Below are positions 25,683 through 32,000 of a stretch of DNA of 32,000 nucleotides, in pieces; the first letter of the stretch is position 1; every line of letters begins with the position of its first letter. The notes below the pieces were generated by a model. It was not told the DNA's origin. It was given only the letters and a program-made list of their open reading frames with translations, and searched no databases. Source of the DNA: Nanopusillaceae archaeon. GTDB lineage: Archaea > Nanobdellota > Nanobdellia > Nanobdellales > Nanobdellaceae. The stretch covers positions 1 through 32,000 of the forward strand of contig JBMFJD010000005.1 in the NCBI GenBank assembly GCA_049974095.1, read 5' to 3'. The translations under genes were made by a program, and so were the position numbers.

Positions 25683-26434
25683 AATAATATATCTATAAAA
25701 CTATTTCTTATGCCTGGTAAGAATCCCAAGTAAAATAACATTAAAAATAATACATCCTGTAGATCTTTATCTTTTATCCAATATTTTATATAAATTGCTG
25801 AAATAATTGTTAAAGATAATTTAATTGAATAAAAAATAAAGGGATTATGATATTGATAAATTAATAAATTTAATAAATTATGTTCTGAAGGTAAATTAAA
25901 TATAAATACTGATAAAATAGAAAAAACAGTTTCATATATTTCCCCAAGAAATGATAAAATAAACATTTTTTCTTTAAAAGAAAAATAAATAATTATAGAA
26001 ATTAAGAAAAAGAAAAATATTAAAGGAATTATATTAATTGGCCTTCCATATATAAAAAAAGGAATTTCTAAAATTAAAACAATTATTAAAAAATAAAAAT
26101 AAAATTCTCTATATTTATAAAAGAATAAAACTGGTAGAAATGCCAATAATATCCATAATTCTAATAATGGAGTAAAAAGTAGATATGTTTTAATTGTATA
26201 TCCTAAATCTATATTTACTCTAGGTATAATAAATATAATTGTTAAAAGAATTAAATCTAGCAAAAAATATTTGTCTATTAATACTTTCCTTTTTTTCACA
26301 AAGAAATAATAAAATAAAATAAAAACAAGAATAAATAAAAAACCATATAATAATGTATTATAGAAGTTATATTGATATTGGTAACCGATTACAGGATATA
26401 TAAAATATTTATAAAAAAACTCTTGTAAATTCAT
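25679..26434 (-). CDS. polytopic membrane protein, possibly DUF63 family
   Basis: 251 aa, about 7 TM helices. N-terminal FIYPVIGYQYQYNFYNTLLYGFLF resembles the DUF63 ..P....gYN.vnTl.Ya pattern. Confidence 0.5.
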   Translation of the reverse strand: MNLQEFFYKYFIYPVIGYQYQYNFYNTLLYGFLFILVFILFYYFFVKKRKVLIDKYFLLDLILLTIIFIIPRVNIDLGYTIKTYLLFTPLLELWILLAFLPVLFFYKYREFYFYFLIIVLILEIPFFIYGRPINIIPLIFFFFLISIIIYFSFKEKMFILSFLGEIYETVFSILSVFIFNLPSEHNLLNLLIYQYHNPFIFYSIKLSLTIISAIYIKYWIKDKDLQDVLFLMLFYLGFLPGIRNSFIDILL

Positions 26435-26769
26435 TAACGTCTAAACATATACTGATAATATTGCAGTAAAGTATTTAACAATGTAATTATATTATCTAAT
26501 TTATTTGCAATTAAATCTAACTTTGAATTTAATGCTTGAACCATTGTATTTAAATCATTTTGTGGTTGAGGTGGAAGATTTGGTAAATATGCTTGTGGAT
26601 TCAACTGACCAGGTTGCTGAAAATTATTTCCTTGAAATTGAAAATTTTGAAATTGGTTTTGAGGGAAATCATATGGAGGATTTGGCATTCCTTGTCCAAA
26701 TGGTTCATTAAGTGGTGGAAGATCTTCCTCATTTTTTTTAAATATATTCTTTATAAAGTCTAGTGCCAT
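26434..26769 (-). CDS. Q/N/P/F-rich low-complexity plus coiled-coil protein (paralogue B)
   Basis: 111 aa. MALDFIKNIFKKNEED is followed by PQNQFQNFQFQGNNFQQPGQLNPQ..PPQPQN and then the helical LNTMVQALNSKLDLIANKLDNIITLLNTLL. Confidence 0.55.
   Translation of the reverse strand: MALDFIKNIFKKNEEDLPPLNEPFGQGMPNPPYDFPQNQFQNFQFQGNNFQQPGQLNPQAYLPNLPPQPQNDLNTMVQALNSKLDLIANKLDNIITLLNTLLQYYQYMFRR
26638..26661 (-). repeat. 24-nt exact repeat shared with 17796..17819
   Basis: The plus strand reads TTGAAAATTTTGAAATTGGTTTTG, which is the reverse complement of CAAAACCAATTTCAAAATTTTCAA. Confidence 0.9.
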
Positions 26770-26800
26770 ATAATATAAAAAAACTTATTTATATATAAAT

Positions 26801-27424
26801 TTATTCTTCTTCTTCTTCAGCTCCTACTTCCATAAATTCTTCATAAGAAATTGGTAGATCTTTTCTTTTTGATAATAAACCTTTATTTCTAAGATATTCT
26901 CTCGTTAAAATATAGTATAACAATGCCAAGGATCTTGCTCCTCTATTATTTGCTGGAATTGCAAAATCTATATATCTTAATGAATTATTTGTATCAACAA
27001 AGGCAACTGTTATTTTTCCTGTCCTATATGCATCCATTAATGCATTTCTATCTAATATAGGATCCGTTACTATAACTACTTCTACATCTTTAAATATTTC
27101 TAAATCTGGATTTGTCAATAATCCTGGAGGATATCTCTTTGGATATACATATATTCCTGTATATTTATTTAACATTTGTAATGGTCTTCTTGCAGTTTCT
27201 CTTCTTCCAACTGCTAATATTTCATATGGTTCATATTTAGCTAATAATTTTGATACCAATCTTAATCTTTCATCAACTTTCATTATATCTATTATTACCA
27301 ATCCATCAGATCTTACTCTTGCAATAAACTTTTTTGTATCTTTTGTTTTTATCTTTGTTCCTATATGTACTCCTGCTTTTATATATTCTTCAAGATCTAC
27401 TAACCAAATATCTTTTTGATCCAT
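26801..27424 (-). CDS. rps2: 30S ribosomal protein uS2
   Basis: LVDLEEYIKAGVHIGTKIKTKDTKKFI..RSDGLVIIDI plus an acidic tail. The ORF is open to 27475, but starting at MDQKD (27424) removes a 47-nt overlap with rpl2 and matches archaeal uS2 N-termini. Confidence 0.9.
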   Translation of the reverse strand: MDQKDIWLVDLEEYIKAGVHIGTKIKTKDTKKFIARVRSDGLVIIDIMKVDERLRLVSKLLAKYEPYEILAVGRRETARRPLQMLNKYTGIYVYPKRYPPGLLTNPDLEIFKDVEVVIVTDPILDRNALMDAYRTGKITVAFVDTNNSLRYIDFAIPANNRGARSLALLYYILTREYLRNKGLLSKRKDLPISYEEFMEVGAEEEEE

Positions 27425-27428
27425 TTTA

Positions 27429-28160
27429 TCATGAAGTTTTCTTTCTTCCAGTTCTCTTTGAGCCATATTTACCATATTTTATTGGATAACCATGCTTTGG
27501 TAATGGAGTCATTCCACCTTTATTTCTCTTATGTTTTCCTCCTAATGGATGATCTGCAGCATTTCTTGCAACAGCAGCACTCATTGGCCATTTTCTATGA
27601 TGAGCTCTTTTGAAGTAGTATTTATTTCCTGCTTTTACAAATGGTTTATCTATTCTTCCACCACCAGCAACAACACCAATAATTGCTCTAGAATATAAAT
27701 CTACCATCCTAGTTTTTCCAGAAGGTAATCTTAATATAGCATATTTATCTGTCTTTTGAACTAAGATACATGAGGTACCAGATGTTCTTGCAATTTTTCC
27801 CCCATCTCCGGGATGTATTTCAACCATAGAAACCGGAGTACCATCAGGAATTGCTTTTAATGGTAAAATATTCCCATTTTCAATTGGAGAATTTACTCCA
27901 GCATATATTTCTTTACCTACATAAATTCCTTCAACAGCAGGAACTAATATTTCAGTTCCATCTTCAAATTTAATTTTTGCAATTGGAGCATAATGAACTT
28001 TATCCTTTAATATATCAACAACAACTCCTTTTATTCTATCCTTTATCTCTTTTTCATCCAAATTCCTTAAAGATAATTGGCCAATTGAGAAGAGATCAGG
28101 TATTTTATATATGTTTTTTCCCTTACCACTTCTTTGCTGTGGTAATGTATTTCCCCCCAT
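27429..28160 (-). CDS. rpl2: 50S ribosomal protein uL2
   Basis: GGGRIDKPFVKAGNKYY..RKWPMSAAVARNAADHPLGGKHKR and full-length similarity. Confidence 0.95.
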   Translation of the reverse strand: MGGNTLPQQRSGKGKNIYKIPDLFSIGQLSLRNLDEKEIKDRIKGVVVDILKDKVHYAPIAKIKFEDGTEILVPAVEGIYVGKEIYAGVNSPIENGNILPLKAIPDGTPVSMVEIHPGDGGKIARTSGTSCILVQKTDKYAILRLPSGKTRMVDLYSRAIIGVVAGGGRIDKPFVKAGNKYYFKRAHHRKWPMSAAVARNAADHPLGGKHKRNKGGMTPLPKHGYPIKYGKYGSKRTGRKKTS

Positions 28161-28161
28161 T

Positions 28162-28422
28162 TTACATTAATCCCATTTTTGATAAAATATCTTGAGCCTT
28201 GTAATTTTTATCAATTGTAATATATGCTTTCTTTTTTCCTTCAGATGTAATTAAAGTATTTACTTTTCTTACTTTAACATTAAACAATTTTTCTACAGCA
28301 TTTTTAATATCTTTTTTTGTAGAATTTCTATTTACAATTAAAACAATTTTGTTATATTTATCTAATAAAAACAAATCTTTTTCTGTTAATTCAACATTAA
28401 TAATTATATCTTTTAGATCCAT
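28162..28422 (-). CDS. rpl23: 50S ribosomal protein uL23
   Basis: 86 aa. ..TEKDLFLLDKYNKIVLIVNRNSTKKDIKNAVEKLFNVKVRKVNTLI. Its position between uL4 and uL2 supports the call. Confidence 0.9.
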   Translation of the reverse strand: MDLKDIIINVELTEKDLFLLDKYNKIVLIVNRNSTKKDIKNAVEKLFNVKVRKVNTLITSEGKKKAYITIDKNYKAQDILSKMGLM

Positions 28423-29257
28423 TTTCTATCTTTATATATAAACTTCTTAAATCTTCTATTGCCTTTTCACTCCAAATAATATATCTACCAACTTTTCCAC
28501 CAGGTGCCAATTTATCAATATTTAACTCATTTACTCTTGTAAATTCTAATCCATCAATAGATATAGATGGCAAATTAGAATCCTGAGACAAAACAATTAA
28601 TATTCCTCTTCCTTTAACAATTCTTCTTCCTCTTCTCTTTCCTTTTCCAGCTCTTTGTCTCTTTGTTTCTTTTACATATTCAATAAAATCTATTAATTTA
28701 AATTTTTCTAATAAATTTTCATATTCTTTTGCTTTCTTTAATTCTTCTAATCCAGAAATAACTAATGGTAATCCAAAAGAATCTGTAGCTTGTTTTAGAT
28801 AAATAAATGATTTTGTATATCTTTTAGAAATATAATTAATATCTGAAGATGCAGAAATAGCAGATAATATTGCTAATCTTTTTTCTTTTTTATTTATTTT
28901 TCTACTCCAATCCTTTTCTACTTTTGGAGGATGTGCCCTTCTACCTTTTACAGCATGAGGAACAATTCTTGCAATCCATGCAAATCCTCCACCAATCTTT
29001 GCCAATATTGCTCTAGGATCTCTTGAAATTCCTCTTCCATATGATGATCTATATGTCCTTCTTCTTTTAGATGTCCATGCGGATGCTTCCAATCCTGCAA
29101 ATTTATATGACCCGTATGGTTGCCTTGAATTAAACATATATACCCTAAATGCCCTCCATATAATATCCTCTCTTACTCCGTAACTAAAGTGTTCTGGTAA
29201 ATTTATTTCTTTTATTTTATTCCCTTCTTTATCATAAACTGGTATTATTTTTTCCAT
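28397..29257 (-). CDS. rpl4: 50S ribosomal protein uL4
   Basis: VYDKEGNKIKEINLPEHF..RQPYG..AGLEASAWTSKRRRTYRSSYGRGISR..GRRAHPPKVEKDW. The ORF is open to 29311. ATG 29257 (MEKIIPVYD) fits homologue N-termini and leaves a 63-nt divergent promoter region. Confidence 0.9.
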   Translation of the reverse strand: MEKIIPVYDKEGNKIKEINLPEHFSYGVREDIIWRAFRVYMFNSRQPYGSYKFAGLEASAWTSKRRRTYRSSYGRGISRDPRAILAKIGGGFAWIARIVPHAVKGRRAHPPKVEKDWSRKINKKEKRLAILSAISASSDINYISKRYTKSFIYLKQATDSFGLPLVISGLEELKKAKEYENLLEKFKLIDFIEYVKETKRQRAGKGKRRGRRIVKGRGILIVLSQDSNLPSISIDGLEFTRVNELNIDKLAPGGKVGRYIIWSEKAIEDLRSLYIKIENGSKRYNY

Positions 29258-29320
29258 GGCTATATTTTTTATATAAAAAACATTTAAATCTTTATAATAG
29301 TTTAAGTCCAATACTTAAAT

Positions 29321-30973
29321 ATGTATGAAATTTTAAATGACATACTTAAAAGAAGCATATGGGAAATTACTTTAATCTTTATAGTTTCTCTCATAGCAAT
29401 TATATTGATTGGAATATATTTCCCAGTTTTAAAAGTATATTATCCAGTTTTATATGTTTTTGCAGTATCTCTTTCATTAGAAGTAGTCTTTATTAAATAT
29501 TATAAACTAAAGAATTCTTTAGATAAGGATTTACTTTATTATATTTCATATCTTTACTCATTATCATTTTCAACTTATAATATTAAAAATCTATTAGAAA
29601 TGTCAATTGAAGAAAAAAGAGAATTTAAGGAAATAAATAGTTATATGGAAAGAGTAGTTAATTTAGTTAAAAAATATAATTATACAATTCCAGAAGCTAT
29701 TAGATACGTTTTACCTTATGTTCCAAAGGATAATTTTAGAAGTTTTTTAGAGAGATTTGCTACTTCAATAGATATAGGGGAAGATATATCAGATTTTTTA
29801 TATAAAGAATATGAAAACGCTATTGCAGTTTATGAAGCAAATTATGAAAAAGGATTAGAAAATATAAGATTATTGGAAGATTTAATATTATCTTTAATAT
29901 CTTCTACAGGTTTTGCCTTTTCTTTAATACTTTTTATACCTTTTCTGGTAAATATAAACCTAGTTATCCTTTTATCAGATTTTTTTATAATATTTATTGT
30001 AGTAAATATTCTGATATATTATGTTTCCAAATATTATATACCTGACGATAGTATATGGTCAAGATCAAGTGAAAAACCAAAAGAATATAAAAATATTATA
30101 TATATGTTTTATTTTTTAGTCCTTCTATCTTATTTTTTATTCTTAATATTATTTTTAATTACAAAAATTCCTTTTTTAGCCTCTGTGGCAATTGCAATTA
30201 CTCCTTTAACATATGTAGGTTATAGAATGATAAACCTTGAAAAAATATTAAAAAATAAAGAAAATAAATTTCCAGCATTCTTTAGCAGTATAATTGAATA
30301 TTCTCAAATTTTTGGGAATAATCAAACAAAAATATTGGATAATGTAGTAATGCATGATTTTGGACAATTAAATGAGGATATAGATAAATTAAGAAAAAGA
30401 ATAAATATTACAAAAAATTATGAAAAATCATGGAGCTATTTTGTAGGAGAAATAGGAAGTAGATTATCTGAAAGAATAATTAAAGTATTTGAAAGAATAT
30501 TAGAATATAGTGGAGATACAAAAAAAGCTGGAGATATGCTATATAATATATTAATAAAGATTATTAATTTAAGAACTAGAAAAGAACAATTTATATCAAG
30601 TTTAAGGGGAATAGTATATGGTACATATATTGCTTTTGTTTCCATTTTATTTATAATGTTACAAATTACTTATAGTATGAATCAAATGTTTCAAGGAATA
30701 TCTACAGCACTAGGATCTACAACAATTACCCAAATAGGTATTAATTTATATACATTAAATATACCAATAGTTATCTTAAATATGTATGTATTTATTTTAT
30801 CTATAATTGAAGCTTTTATATTATCTTTTACAATAAAAAATATTGATGGAGGATCTAAATTTGGAGCTTTTATGGATATAACAATATTAATCTGGATTGC
30901 AGCATTATTAAATATAGGAATACACTACACATTTACATATATATTCTCTGGTTTATCCTTTGTAAAATTATAA
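29321..30973 (+). CDS. flaJ: FlaJ/ArlJ-type archaellum or pilus assembly platform membrane protein (orphan copy)
   Basis: 550 aa. Two T2SS-F-like cytoplasmic repeats (..YTIPEAIRYVLPYVPKDNFRSFLERFATSIDIGEDISDFL.. and ..FPAFFSSIIEYSQIFGNNQTKIL..) separated by TM bundles. Confidence 0.75.
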   Translation: MYEILNDILKRSIWEITLIFIVSLIAIILIGIYFPVLKVYYPVLYVFAVSLSLEVVFIKYYKLKNSLDKDLLYYISYLYSLSFSTYNIKNLLEMSIEEKREFKEINSYMERVVNLVKKYNYTIPEAIRYVLPYVPKDNFRSFLERFATSIDIGEDISDFLYKEYENAIAVYEANYEKGLENIRLLEDLILSLISSTGFAFSLILFIPFLVNINLVILLSDFFIIFIVVNILIYYVSKYYIPDDSIWSRSSEKPKEYKNIIYMFYFLVLLSYFLFLILFLITKIPFLASVAIAITPLTYVGYRMINLEKILKNKENKFPAFFSSIIEYSQIFGNNQTKILDNVVMHDFGQLNEDIDKLRKRINITKNYEKSWSYFVGEIGSRLSERIIKVFERILEYSGDTKKAGDMLYNILIKIINLRTRKEQFISSLRGIVYGTYIAFVSILFIMLQITYSMNQMFQGISTALGSTTITQIGINLYTLNIPIVILNMYVFILSIIEAFILSFTIKNIDGGSKFGAFMDITILIWIAALLNIGIHYTFTYIFSGLSFVKL

Positions 30974-31411
30974 ATCTAGTTTTCTTTCTTTAGGTATAAA
31001 ATCCTTTAATTCTTTATTTTTTATATAAACACTACCTAATATATCTTTACCATCTTTTGCAATATAATATCCATCTTCAGCATCTATTAAGATTCCCTTT
31101 TGATTTTCACTTTTATAAAATAGTTTATTCTTTTCAATATTGATTATTTTACTTGCATTTAATCCAAATAATTGTGCTCCTTCTATACTAAATCTATAGT
31201 TATTTTTTTCTATCTTTATTATATATAATCCATTATTTCTTATATATTTTTCATCTAAAAAATCTGGAAAATTCCTATTAAACATATATATTTTTTCTTT
31301 TGTTGAAAAAAATCTATATTTCTTTAATATTTCTCTATCTATTTTTATTCCATAATATTCTTCTATTTTTTTAAATATTTCTTCAACTTCTCTTTTATTT
31401 AATTCCTTCAT
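30968..31411 (-). CDS. Nip7-like pre-PUA/PUA RNA-binding protein
   Basis: 147 aa. L.KREVEEIFKKIEEYYG.. at the N-terminus and ..DILGSVYIKNKELKDFIPKER at the C-terminus resemble archaeal Nip7 homologues. The assignment is moderate. Confidence 0.45.
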   Translation of the reverse strand: MKELNKREVEEIFKKIEEYYGIKIDREILKKYRFFSTKEKIYMFNRNFPDFLDEKYIRNNGLYIIKIEKNNYRFSIEGAQLFGLNASKIINIEKNKLFYKSENQKGILIDAEDGYYIAKDGKDILGSVYIKNKELKDFIPKERKLDL

Positions 31412-32000
31412 AACTTCTTTATAGCTTCCTTTATAAATTCTATTTCCTCATCTTTAAATCCAAGATCTTTTGCATATTCTTCTCCTATTTTTTGATTCTT
31501 TTCCATAAGATATATTAACATATTTATATAAACGTCTCTTATCCTTTTTGTGGAAGTATGTACTCTTTGTTTTAAATTTTTAGATAATTCCGCAATCTTA
31601 TCTCTTATTTCTTTATTTTGTGATAATTTTCTAACATATGTTGGCATTCTATATTTTGTAAATTTATTATATCTTTTCTCTTTAGATAACGAAACTCCTG
31701 CATACATTAATGTAGTAAAATATTTTAGTAAATCCCAATATTGTCTTTTAAATATCCTTCCATAAAATGTTATTGCAATAGATAACCAATTATATGCACT
31801 AAATATTTCCCTTATATCTTCATACTCATTAGATATATTTTCCTCAATCCATGGTTTTATTTCTTCAGGATCCATATCTACATTAACAAATGGAATTGTA
31901 GCACCAGAGATTGTTGATGCCTTAAACATTTGTCCCAATGCTTGGAATATTGTAATCTCTCTTTCTCTATATCCTAATACTTCTAACTCCTTTATTGTAA
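31408..32000 (-). CDS. rfcL: replication factor C large subunit, C-terminal part (continues beyond the window end)
   Basis: WIEENISNEYEDIREIFSAYNWLSIAITFYGRIFKRQYWDLLKYFTTLMYAGVSLS matches the RfcL C-terminal region. The frame stays open upstream of the TTG at 31938 through position 32000. Confidence 0.8.
   Translation of the reverse strand, partial: TIKELEVLGYREREITIFQALGQMFKASTISGATIPFVNVDMDPEEIKPWIEENISNEYEDIREIFSAYNWLSIAITFYGRIFKRQYWDLLKYFTTLMYAGVSLSKEKRYNKFTKYRMPTYVRKLSQNKEIRDKIAELSKNLKQRVHTSTKRIRDVYINMLIYLMEKNQKIGEEYAKDLGFKDEEIEFIKEAIKKL

Noticed and set aside
27425-27475. Longer N-terminal extension of uS2 (MVNMAQRELEERKLHDK..), and likewise of uL4 at 29258-29311 (MDLNYYKDLNVFYIKNIA..).
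   Set aside because: The extensions would overlap rpl2 by 47 nt and shrink the uL4/flaJ divergent promoter region to 9 bp. Internal ATGs give N-termini matching homologues. The longer forms remain possible.
1-32000. Scan for CRISPR arrays, rRNA, transposases/integrases, inteins and tRNA introns.
   Set aside because: There are no regularly spaced direct repeats and no further GC-rich structured-RNA islands beyond the four tRNAs. No recombinase-like ORFs were seen, and all four tRNAs fold without introns.

Overview
Very AT-rich archaeal DNA (roughly three-quarters A+T by eye) in which the only strongly GC-rich islands are four tRNA genes. That contrast is typical of a hyperthermophile with a reduced genome. 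The gene content is almost entirely archaeal information processing. It includes Alba, eS17, uL4-uL23-uL2-uS2, aIF2-gamma, aRF1, the CCA-adding enzyme, CysRS, GatE, Dph2, TFE, RadB, an NreA-like protein, the RFC large subunit, a Rio kinase, a DRG-like GTPase, a NOL1/NOP2/Sun methyltransferase and PUA/Nip7-like RNA-binding proteins. Packing is extreme: many ATGA or 1-nt start/stop overlaps, and four convergent gene pairs overlap at their 3' ends. Together with two apparently N-terminally truncated or split core genes (gatE, dph2), this suggests a Nanoarchaeota/DPANN-like symbiont. That assignment is inference only. No CRISPR array, rRNA, transposase or integrase is visible. Items not explained by the ORF track: (1) a textbook-geometry C/D-box sRNA fused to the 5' end of the m5C methyltransferase gene; (2) four phased TTAACA-N3-TGTTAA palindromes upstream of tfe; (3) a FlaI-like/FlaJ-like secretion ATPase and platform pair, transcribed divergently from a small operon of a coiled-coil protein, a Q/N/P-rich protein and a Cys-rich anchored protein, with no recognisable pilin or archaellin; (4) two Q/N/P/F-rich coiled-coil paralogues sharing a 24-nt identical DNA stretch; (5) a cysteine-free aldehyde:ferredoxin oxidoreductase-like relic; (6) a cysS 5' end that has no in-frame start codon unless a 1-nt shift occurs in an A5 run. 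All family assignments come from reading motifs by eye. No database search was run.
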